A DNA stretch of 10,917 nucleotides from an uncultured bacterium (GCA_964510165.1 CAZEBC010000083.1:1-10917), one strand, 5' to 3'. Positions 1 to 6,756 are shown, numbered from the stretch's first letter. Numbers and translations are program-made. The notes: generated by a model not told the origin, from the sequence alone.

Positions 1-18
1 TGCGGCGTCGGACGGATA

Positions 19-48
19 TTGACATGGAATTCGGTTCGATGCTAGAAT
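19..48 (+). promoter_or_regulatory. sigma70-type promoter for the FAH-dapL-folBK-panBCD cluster
   Basis: TTGACA (19-24), 18-nt spacer, TAGAAT (43-48) preceded by TG at 40-41 (extended -10). About 110 nt upstream of the first start codon. Confidence 0.7.
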
Positions 49-158
49 TGGCCGCAAAGTCCGGCGTGCCGTCCGAGAAGGTCAGCGAAGCTCGCTTTTC
101 CCAGCGACTTTCATTGGCACACCATCCCGATGCCGCTCGAATCAAAGGAGACCGCACC

Positions 159-920
159 GTGAAGATTTGTCGTTTCGAATGGCGTAACAAGACAGGATAC
201 GGGATCGTTGAGGGCGATATTATACTGCCGCTCAAGGGAGAGCCATACTCGGGGGTCGAGGAGACGGGCGAGCGATTGGCGCGGGAGGACGTGAAACTGC
301 TTTCGCCGACAGTGCCCTCGAAGATCGTGGCAGTCGGGCTGAATTATCAGGAGCACATTGACGAAACGGGCATGCAGAAGCCTGACGCGCCGGTACTCTT
401 TATAAAGCCGTCTACCTCGGTCATCGGGCCTGGCCAGCCCATCGTGTATCCGCGCGGGGCGGCCAGGGTGGACTACGAGGCGGAGCTTGCCGTGGTTATC
501 GGCAAGAGATGCAAGAATGTCGCGGTGAAACAGGCGCGCGAGTCGGTGCTCGGTTTTACTTGTCTGAATGATGTGACAGAACGCTTCATGCAGGGAATGG
601 ACGGGCAATGGACTCGGGCCAAGTCGTTTGACACCTTCTGTCCGATTGGTCCCTGGATTGTGACCGATATCGAGCCGAAAGGGTTGAAAGTGGAATCCTG
701 GCTTAACGGAGAGGTGAAACAGTCGGCGACCACGGACATGCTTATCTTCAAAGTGGACGAATTGGTGAGTTTCATTTCCGGGGTCATGACGTTGTTGCCG
801 GGGGACGTGATAGCGACGGGCACTCCGTCGGGCATTGGGCCGATGAACCCCGGCGACGCGATAGAGGTTCGCATCGAGAAGATTGGTTCACTTATAAACC
901 AAGTGGTGAAAGAGGCTTAG
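159..920 (+). CDS. Fumarylacetoacetate hydrolase (FAH) family protein, 253 aa
   Basis: Motifs PSKIVAVGLNY, LFIKP, DYEAELAVVIG, NDVT, KSFDTFCPIGP and LLPGDVIATGTPSG. Start moved from the track's 24 to GTG 159: AAGGAG lies at 145-150 and the ATG at 24 sits inside the promoter. Confidence 0.93.
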   Translation: MKICRFEWRNKTGYGIVEGDIILPLKGEPYSGVEETGERLAREDVKLLSPTVPSKIVAVGLNYQEHIDETGMQKPDAPVLFIKPSTSVIGPGQPIVYPRGAARVDYEAELAVVIGKRCKNVAVKQARESVLGFTCLNDVTERFMQGMDGQWTRAKSFDTFCPIGPWIVTDIEPKGLKVESWLNGEVKQSATTDMLIFKVDELVSFISGVMTLLPGDVIATGTPSGIGPMNPGDAIEVRIEKIGSLINQVVKEA

Positions 921-925
921 GACTT

Positions 926-2101
926 ATGGAAAGAGTTCGGGTCGAGCGGGCGCACAGACTCAGCCAACTGCCGCCATACCTTTTCTCCGAGATTGACAAA
1001 GCGAAGCGCAAGGCCATTGCGGAGGGACGTGATATCATCAACCTTGGTATCGGCGACCCCGACATGCCGACGCCGGAAGTAATTGTAGAGGCTCTCTGCG
1101 AGACGGCACATGACCCCGCAAATCACCGGTATCCCTCATATGAGGGTCTGTTGGAGCTGAGGCAGGAGTTCGGCTTGTACATGGAGCATCGGTTCGGGGT
1201 GAAGCTTGACCCTATGGACGAAGTGCTCACGCTTATCGGGTCGAAGGAAGGGATCGCCCACCTACCGCTGGCGTTTGTGAATCCGGGCGATTTCGTGCTT
1301 GTTCCGGACCCCGGTTATCCCGTGTACAGGGCCAGTACGGTTCTTGCGGGCGGGATACCGTACGCGTTTCCGTTGCTTGAGCAGAACGGGTTTCTGCCCG
1401 AATTCGAACAGATTGATCCGCAGATAGCCGGCCGCGCGAAGCTCATGTTCTTATGTTATCCGAACAATCCGACTGCGGCGACGGCGACCAGAGACGTGTT
1501 TGAAAAGGCGGTGGAGTTTGCGCGGAAACATGATCTCATTATTTGTCAGGACGCGGCTTATTGTGAACTTTCATATAACGACCAGAGGCCGGTGAGCATC
1601 TTGGAGGTCGAAGGCGCCAAGGATTTGGCCGTCGAATTTCATTCGCTCTCAAAGACATACAACATGACCGGCTGGCGGGTCGGTTTCGCCGTGGGCAACC
1701 GCGAGGTGCTCGCGGGACTCGGCGCCATCAAAACCAACGTGGACTCAGGCGTCTTCCAGGCGGTCCAGTACGCGGGCATCGCTGCGCTTCGGAGTCCGGC
1801 CCGGATTAGGGAGGAGATCGTTTCGGTTTACGCGGAGCGGCGCGATGTCCTGGTGGACGGGCTGAATCGCATTGGTTGGCTCGTGAGGAAGCCGCAGGCG
1901 ACGTTTTATGTGTGGGTGCCGGTTCCGCCGGGCTATACGTCGGCCGAGCTGTGCAAGACGTTGCTGGAGGAGGCGGCCATCGTGACGACGCCCGGGAACG
2001 GCTTCGGCCAGAACGGAGAGGGATTCATCCGGATGGCGCTGACGGTCGGGAAAGAGCGTCTTGCCGAGGCGGTCGAGCGGATCAAGGGCATCAGGATGTG
2101 A
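926..2101 (+). CDS. dapL: PLP-dependent class I/II aminotransferase, probably LL-diaminopimelate aminotransferase
   Basis: N-terminal RLSQLPPYLF...INLGIGDPD, GSKEG, YPNNPT, DAAY, PLP-lysine motif SLSKTYNMTGWRVG and KTNVDSGVF. The family is certain; the substrate is inferred from resemblance. Confidence 0.78.
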   Translation: MERVRVERAHRLSQLPPYLFSEIDKAKRKAIAEGRDIINLGIGDPDMPTPEVIVEALCETAHDPANHRYPSYEGLLELRQEFGLYMEHRFGVKLDPMDEVLTLIGSKEGIAHLPLAFVNPGDFVLVPDPGYPVYRASTVLAGGIPYAFPLLEQNGFLPEFEQIDPQIAGRAKLMFLCYPNNPTAATATRDVFEKAVEFARKHDLIICQDAAYCELSYNDQRPVSILEVEGAKDLAVEFHSLSKTYNMTGWRVGFAVGNREVLAGLGAIKTNVDSGVFQAVQYAGIAALRSPARIREEIVSVYAERRDVLVDGLNRIGWLVRKPQATFYVWVPVPPGYTSAELCKTLLEEAAIVTTPGNGFGQNGEGFIRMALTVGKERLAEAVERIKGIRM

Positions 2102-2106
2102 TAAGT

Positions 2107-2215
2107 GATTGCGGATTGAGAGACCGCAAGGCGGTGTTTAGGGTTCAGGGTTCAGCGTTTAGAGTTTCAAACCAGCAACCGATTGCGGGTTTGGGATTGC
2201 AGATTCAGGATGAGA
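2107..2215 (+). repeat. Degenerate heptamer tandem repeats in the dapL-folB spacer
   Basis: GATTGCG GATTGAG (2107-2120); GTTTAGG GTTCAGG GTTCAGC GTTTAGA GTTTCAA (2136-2170); GATTGCG GGTTTGG GATTGCA GATTCAG (2181-2208). Confidence 0.65.
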
Positions 2216-2227
2216 TTTGAGGAATTG

Positions 2228-2605
2228 GTGAGCGATACGGATAAGATCACGCTAAAGAACATGTTGTTTGCGGGTTCGGTGGGGGTCGCCGATTGGGAGC
2301 GGGAAGTGAACACGGCGATAGAGGCGGACATCGAGCTTTACGCCGACCTGAGAGAAGCTTGCAAATCGGACAGCCTGGATGATACAATTAACTACGCGAA
2401 ATTGTATGACCTTGTGAATCAGGTCGTCAAGGCGCGACATCACAATCTGCTCGAGTCGCTGGCCGAAGAGATAGCGTTTGCGGTCAACGAGGAGTTCAGT
2501 TGCGAGAGGGTTGTGGTGCGAGTGCGCAAGCCGCGCCCACCCCTGGGCGGCATATGCGACCACGCGGAAATCGAGATAGAAAGGCACAGGGCGAATAGAA
2601 AGTAA
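2228..2605 (+). CDS. folB: Dihydroneopterin aldolase
   Basis: DKITLKNMLF..GV..WERE, SDSLDDTINY, NLLESLAE and VRKPRPP, carrying the conserved Glu, Tyr and Lys. Directly upstream of folK. GTG 2228 has GAGGA at 2219-2223; ATG 2210 is an alternative start. Confidence 0.92.
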   Translation: MSDTDKITLKNMLFAGSVGVADWEREVNTAIEADIELYADLREACKSDSLDDTINYAKLYDLVNQVVKARHHNLLESLAEEIAFAVNEEFSCERVVVRVRKPRPPLGGICDHAEIEIERHRANRK

Positions 2606-3085
2606 GTGGTCACGGCCTATCTTGGTTTCGGCAGCAACCTTGGCGACAGGGAAGCCAACATAAACAGGGCGTTGGTGGAGCTTGTTCGGGCGGGTGCATG
2701 CGCGTTGAGGCGGGTATCCGCGATGTACGAGACCAGGCCCGTGGGTTATGAGGCGCAGGCCGATTTCCTGAATCTTGCCGCCGAGGTGGAGACGGACCTG
2801 AGGCCGCACGAGCTTTTCGCCGTCGTAAAGGAGGTCGAGAAGAAGGTCGGCAGGAAGAAGACATTCAGGTGGGGGCCGCGTGCAATCGACATAGATATCC
2901 TACTGTACGGCGATGAGCGCGTTACGGAAGACAATCTTGAGATTCCGCACCCCGAGATGCACCGAAGAGCGTTTGTGCTTGTGCCGCTGACGGAGATAGC
3001 GCCCGAGGCCAGACATCCCGTGCTCAGGCTTACGGTCGCTCAGATGAGCGCCGAGGTTGGCGGCGAGGGCGTACGCAAAGCATAA
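2606..3085 (+). CDS. folK: 2-amino-4-hydroxy-6-hydroxymethyldihydropteridine diphosphokinase (HPPK)
   Basis: AYLGFGSNLGDR, YETRP, FLN, RWGPRAIDIDILLYG, LEIPHP..HRRAFVLVPL. GTG start abuts the folB stop. Confidence 0.96.
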   Translation: MVTAYLGFGSNLGDREANINRALVELVRAGACALRRVSAMYETRPVGYEAQADFLNLAAEVETDLRPHELFAVVKEVEKKVGRKKTFRWGPRAIDIDILLYGDERVTEDNLEIPHPEMHRRAFVLVPLTEIAPEARHPVLRLTVAQMSAEVGGEGVRKA

Positions 3086-3090
3086 AGAGA

Positions 3091-3122
3091 CCGCTTGGAT
3101 CCTAAAGACAGGACCGAGACGG
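3091..3122 (+). ncRNA. pan RNA motif-like cis-regulatory hairpin with two bulged adenosines
   Basis: CCG-CTTGG-[A3099]-TCCT-(AAAGAC)-AGGA-CCGAG-[A3119]-CGG. A stem-loop with one bulged A on each strand directly 5' of panB matches the described pan motif architecture and location. Confidence 0.8.
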
Positions 3123-3143
3123 AAGGCGAGAAATCTTAGTGAT

Positions 3144-3175
3144 ACCCTTCCGGGCTTGGTTCGGGAGGGTTTTTT
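3144..3175 (+). terminator. Intrinsic terminator/attenuator hairpin that also sequesters the panB Shine-Dalgarno
   Basis: ACCCTTCCGGGC-(TTG)-GTTCGGGAGGGT, 12 bp including 3 G-U pairs, then a T run at 3170-3175. The 3' arm contains GGAGG (3164-3168) and the ATG is at 3177. Confidence 0.8.
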
Positions 3176-3176
3176 G

Positions 3177-3983
3177 ATGCCTGAGAAGAAGGTGACCGTT
3201 CCGGACATTCTGCAGAAGAAGCAGCGCGGCGAGAAGATCACGATGCTCACCGCGTACGATTTTCCGATGGCCTCGCTGTTGAGCAAGGTCGGAGTGGATA
3301 TGTTGTTGGTGGGCGATTCAGCCGGGATGGTGTTCGCAGGAGAGGCCAATTCGCTGTCGGTCACGATGGAGCATATGATTTACCATACGCGCGCCGTGGC
3401 GAACGCGAGGCCGACCTCGCTCATCGTGGGCGACATGCCTTTCATGAGTTATCAACTTTCGCCGTCGCAAGCGGCTGAGAACGCCGGGCGGTTTGTCTCC
3501 GAGGGCAGGGCCGAGACGGTCAAGCTGGAGGGGGGCGCCGAATTCGCCGAGGAAATCGCGATGATCTTGAGGTGCGGCATACCGGTGATGGGCCATCTGG
3601 GCCTCACGCCGCAGTCGATCCACAAGTTTGGCGGATTCAAGGTGCAGGGACGCGACGAGGCCGCTGCCCAGAAACTGGTTGATGACGCGGTCGCCCTGGA
3701 GCAGGCGGGCGTATTCTCGATCGTGCTTGAGGCGGTTCCGGCCGAGGTGGCCAAGCGAATCACCGAGAGCGTGAGCGTGCCGACAATCGGCATCGGGGCC
3801 GGTCCTCACTGTGACGGACAAGTGCTTGTGACGCCGGACCTGCTCGGCTTGTTCGAGCGGTTTGTCCCAAAATTTGTGAAAAGGTATGCGCACCTGGCGC
3901 CTCTCGTGGAAGAGGCTGTGAAGGCGTATATCGAGGAAGTCAAGAGCGGCGCGTTTCCGTCGGAGGAGCATCTGTACAAATGA
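3177..3983 (+). CDS. panB: 3-methyl-2-oxobutanoate hydroxymethyltransferase
   Basis: KITMLTAYD, LLVGDSAGM, GDMPFMSY, VKLEGG, MGHLGLTPQS, IGIGAG..CDGQVLV and PKFVK. Start set at ATG 3177 (SD GGAGG), not the track's 3057. Confidence 0.97.
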   Translation: MPEKKVTVPDILQKKQRGEKITMLTAYDFPMASLLSKVGVDMLLVGDSAGMVFAGEANSLSVTMEHMIYHTRAVANARPTSLIVGDMPFMSYQLSPSQAAENAGRFVSEGRAETVKLEGGAEFAEEIAMILRCGIPVMGHLGLTPQSIHKFGGFKVQGRDEAAAQKLVDDAVALEQAGVFSIVLEAVPAEVAKRITESVSVPTIGIGAGPHCDGQVLVTPDLLGLFERFVPKFVKRYAHLAPLVEEAVKAYIEEVKSGAFPSEEHLYK

Positions 3984-4876
3984 GAAAGGCCAGGAAGACA
4001 GCGACGGTGCGCCGCGCGCGTGACGTCGAACCCATAGTTGTCCGAACTCCGGCGGAGATGCAGGCGCTCGCGAACGAGATCAGAGGGCAGGGCAAGTCAA
4101 TCGGATTCGTGCCGACGATGGGATATCTGCACGAGGGGCATGCCAGCCTCATGCGAGCCGCGCGGCAGGAATCGGACGTCGTGGTGCTGAGCATCTTCGT
4201 GAATCCGACGCAGTTCGGGCCGACCGAAGACCTCGACAAGTATCCGAGGGATATGGAGCGCGACACGAGAATCGCGAGAGAAGCGGGCGCCGATTACATA
4301 TTCCATCCGGCGCCTGGCGCCATGTACCCGGACGGATTTCAGACATACGTGAGCGTGGAGCGCCTGACAAAGGGATATTGCGGCGTATCGCGGCCGACGC
4401 ATTTCAGGGGCGTCACCACCGTATGCACGAAGCTGTTCAACATCGTCTTGCCGCACAAGGCGTATTTCGGTCAGAAAGATTTTCAGCAGGCGGCGGTGAT
4501 ACGCAGGATGGTGAGGGACCTCGACATGAACCTGGAGGTCGTGGTCCTTCCGACGGTGCGCGAGCCTGACGGTCTCGCGATGAGTTCGCGGAATGCGTAT
4601 CTTAGCCCGGCCGAGAGGGCGGACGCAGTCTGCCTGATTGAGGCGATCCGGTTGGCGAGGGAGATGGTTCGGAACGGCGAGCGCGACGCGAAGGCGGTGG
4701 TGGCCGCGATGCGCGCGCACATCGGGAAAAGGCCGTCGGCACGGATTGATTATGTGTCTATAGCGGACGTGGATAGTTTGGAAGAGTTGGAAACGATAAC
4801 TGCAAGAGGCGTCGTTTTGCTGGCGGTGTTCATCGGCAAGACGCGCCTCATTGACAATGAGATACTGACAGTGTGA
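3980..4876 (+). CDS. panC: Pantoate--beta-alanine ligase
   Basis: GFVPTMGYLHEGH, SIFVNPTQF, RPTHFRGV, YFGQKDFQQ, REPDGLAMSSRN and TRLIDN. ATGA overlap with the panB stop. Confidence 0.97.
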   Translation: MRKARKTATVRRARDVEPIVVRTPAEMQALANEIRGQGKSIGFVPTMGYLHEGHASLMRAARQESDVVVLSIFVNPTQFGPTEDLDKYPRDMERDTRIAREAGADYIFHPAPGAMYPDGFQTYVSVERLTKGYCGVSRPTHFRGVTTVCTKLFNIVLPHKAYFGQKDFQQAAVIRRMVRDLDMNLEVVVLPTVREPDGLAMSSRNAYLSPAERADAVCLIEAIRLAREMVRNGERDAKAVVAAMRAHIGKRPSARIDYVSIADVDSLEELETITARGVVLLAVFIGKTRLIDNEILTV

Positions 4877-4909
4877 ACGCGGGCGGCCATGGGGGCCGTC
4901 CATGACAGT

Positions 4910-4941
4910 CGGGAGGCGATTTCGGAAGAGACGCCTACCTG
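4910..4941 (+). ncRNA. Second pan-motif-like hairpin with two bulged adenosines, upstream of panD
   Basis: CGGG-AGGCG-[A4919]-TTTC-(GGAA)-GAGA-CGCCT-[A4937]-CCTG. Same stem and bulge geometry as 3091-3122, capped by a GNRA tetraloop, ending 5 nt before the panD SD. Confidence 0.55.
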
Positions 4942-4956
4942 CGGACGGAGGGTAAG

Positions 4957-5364
4957 ATGCGCCGTACAATGTGCAAGTCGAAGATTCATCGGGCGACCAT
5001 CACCGACGCCAACCTTCATTACGAGGGCAGCGTCACAATTGATTCGGACCTTATGGAAGCGGCCGATATCCTGCCGTACGAGAAGGTTCAGGTCGTCAAC
5101 ATCAACACTGGCGCGCGGCTGGAGACGTACGCCATCGAGGGCAGGCCAGGCAAAGGAGAGATATGCCTGAACGGAGCGGCGGCCAGGCTCGGGGCTGCCG
5201 GCGACAAGGTCATCATCATTTCCTACGCGACGGTAGAGGACGCTGAGGCGAGGGAATGGGCTCCGAGGAAAGTCCACGTTGACGAACACAACCGGATACG
5301 CCGCGAGAAAGCGCGCGTTTCGGGAAACGGTGAACTTTCGAACGGAGATGTATTGTCGCTGTGA
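4957..5364 (+). CDS. panD: Aspartate 1-decarboxylase proenzyme (pyruvoyl-dependent)
   Basis: [14 protein letters not shown], self-cleavage site [15 protein letters not shown] and [16 protein letters not shown] at 4947-4951. Confidence 0.97.
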   Translation: MRRTMCKSKIHRATITDANLHYEGSVTIDSDLMEAADILPYEKVQVVNINTGARLETYAIEGRPGKGEICLNGAAARLGAAGDKVIIISYATVEDAEAREWAPRKVHVDEHNRIRREKARVSGNGELSNGDVLSL

Positions 5365-5422
5365 CAAGGGGTGCAAGACACCAGGTCATTGAGGGCGTCA
5401 GGAAGCGTTGAGGTCTCGTTGA

Positions 5423-5746
5423 ATGTCGGAGAGAGTGTTTTTCAAAGTCGCCAAGGTAAGCGATCTTGCGGAGAGCTCTTTGAAGAAGGTGGAGGTCGAG
5501 GGGCATGAGATTGCGCTTGCGCGAGTGGGCGGGCGGTATTACGCATTTTACGCGAAATGCCCGCATCGTGGCGGGCCGCTCTCGAAAGGCGAATTGGCCG
5601 ACGCGACCGTTACCTGTCCATGGCATGGAGGCGTATTCGAGATTGCGACGGGCGACCTGCTTCATCCTCCTCCCGTCGAGAGGATAAAGACGTATCCGCT
5701 CCGGGTGGTGGGTGAGGACATCGAGGTTGAAATGGAGCCGATCTAA
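5423..5746 (+). CDS. Rieske [2Fe-2S] ferredoxin
   Basis: 107 aa with Rieske ligand motifs CPHRGGPL and VTCPWHGGVF, plus the typical IKTYPLRV..EDIEV C-terminus. Confidence 0.9.
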   Translation: MSERVFFKVAKVSDLAESSLKKVEVEGHEIALARVGGRYYAFYAKCPHRGGPLSKGELADATVTCPWHGGVFEIATGDLLHPPPVERIKTYPLRVVGEDIEVEMEPI

Positions 5747-5751
5747 GTCGG

Positions 5752-5794
5752 GCTAAATTGGGGACGCCATGCAGCATGGCATCCCCAATTTAGC
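5752..5794. repeat. 20-bp inverted repeat between convergent genes (REP-like palindrome or bidirectional terminator)
   Basis: GCTAAATTGGGGACGCCATG-cag-CATGGCATCCCCAATTTAGC; 19 of 20 positions pair, and the C5765/A5781 mismatch is a G-U pair on the - strand RNA. Confidence 0.8.
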
Positions 5795-5816
5795 GGTATC
5801 CCCGATTTTCGTCGGT

Positions 5817-5981
5817 CTATTTTTCTCCGAGTTTCTTTTTCAAGGCGGCCAGCATATTCTGCATTGCTTCCTCCTTGGAGATTTCGGCCGCCTTGGCCGC
5901 CTCCTCGATTGTCTTGTCGGTAATGTTTCTCTTGTCTCCCATGTTGTCGGCAGTCATCCCACATCCGCAGTTGTAGCACAT
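5817..5981 (-). CDS. 54-aa protein with N-terminal CxxCxC motif (absent from the ORF track)
   Basis: Manual translation MCYNCGCGMTADNMGDKRNITDKTIEEAAKAAEISKEEAMQNMLAALKKKLGEK*. SD AAGGAGGA (5998-5991) lies 9 nt before the ATG; TAG at 5819-5817; C-terminal half looks like amphipathic helix. Confidence 0.85.
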   Translation of the reverse strand: MCYNCGCGMTADNMGDKRNITDKTIEEAAKAAEISKEEAMQNMLAALKKKLGEK

Positions 5982-6028
5982 GATTTGCTTTCCTCCTTGA
6001 CAGAAAGTAACCTACAGACCTAGTTTCT

Positions 6029-6676
6029 CTATCTTGCGGCTACTCCGTATCTACGCCTCGGTTTTTGCCGCCTTTGCCGCACCTTTGGGAAGCAATTGAT
6101 CTCGCGCGTGCTCTCACTGACTTCATCGTTCAGCCTGAACAGGATCACGAAGCCACCGAGGGACATCAATCCGGCCAGCAGAAAAGTGGCCTGGAAACCG
6201 ACAAACTGGGCGATGGCGCCGCCGACGCCCGCGGACATCGCGGTCCCGACTCCGACCAGGGCGGAGTATACGCTCCACTCGAAGCTTTCCTGGTTCTCGT
6301 CGAGATGTTGATTCCAGATTCGGAGCCATGCGGGAAAGGCCAATCCGCTCGCGACCCCGAACAGAACCTGCGCGACGTAGATGACCGCAATATGTGTGGC
6401 GAATATGTAGAGCACGGGGACAAGCGAGACAAAAAACACGCCGGTCATCAGCCATCTGACGCTGTGATTCTGGTCGTTGCTGTCAATGCGGCGGGAAAAA
6501 GGTATCTGCACAATTGATTTCGTTATGAGGAACAGCCCGCTTGCTATGCCGGCGGCAAAAACAGTCCCCCCTTCAAGTGAGTCCTTAATGAAGATTGCGA
6601 GGATTGGCTCAACCAATCCAAATCCTGATACGACGCAGACATCAGAAATCATTAACAATTTGATAATCTTGTTCAC
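6029..6676 (-). CDS. Half-size (6-TM) major facilitator superfamily-like membrane protein
   Basis: 215 aa, GTG start. Six hydrophobic segments in MFS-domain order, a motif-A-like loop (PFSRRID) after TM2, Gly-rich TM4/TM5 and a basic tail. Confidence 0.8.
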   Translation of the reverse strand: MNKIIKLLMISDVCVVSGFGLVEPILAIFIKDSLEGGTVFAAGIASGLFLITKSIVQIPFSRRIDSNDQNHSVRWLMTGVFFVSLVPVLYIFATHIAVIYVAQVLFGVASGLAFPAWLRIWNQHLDENQESFEWSVYSALVGVGTAMSAGVGGAIAQFVGFQATFLLAGLMSLGGFVILFRLNDEVSESTREINCFPKVRQRRQKPRRRYGVAAR

Positions 6677-6756
6677 AATTTATTATGCGAAAGGGCCCAA
6701 TTGTACGCTATATGAAGGGCGAACCATAAGCCGTGGAAGCACTTAGGGCTGTTACA

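Noticed and set aside
24-158. 45-aa N-terminal extension of the FAH protein in the ORF track
   Set aside because: The ATG overlaps the -35 box. GTG 159 has a proper SD and gives a family-typical N-terminus.
2102-2227. CRISPR array or tRNA in the repeat-rich spacer
   Set aside because: Units are 7 nt, degenerate and unspaced; there is no repeat-spacer pattern, cloverleaf or cas gene.
3057-3176. panB frame open through the whole leader (possible leader peptide or extended PanB)
   Set aside because: The TTG lies inside folK, the extension looks non-protein-like, and the region is explained by RNA structure. Forty stop-free codons are unremarkable at this GC content.
5365-5422. Small GGTG/CACC hairpin after panD as a terminator
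   Set aside because: Only about 4 bp and no U-tract; expected by chance.
5743-6023. Track ORFs 5743..5979 (-) and 5769..6023 (+)
   Set aside because: Both run through the palindrome and lack protein-like features. The frame with a strong SD and ATG is 5981..5817 (-).
6029-6676. Half-MFS as a pseudogene
   Set aside because: Six complete helices, an intact start and stop, and no downstream remnant of a second half. Not fully excluded without a homologue search.
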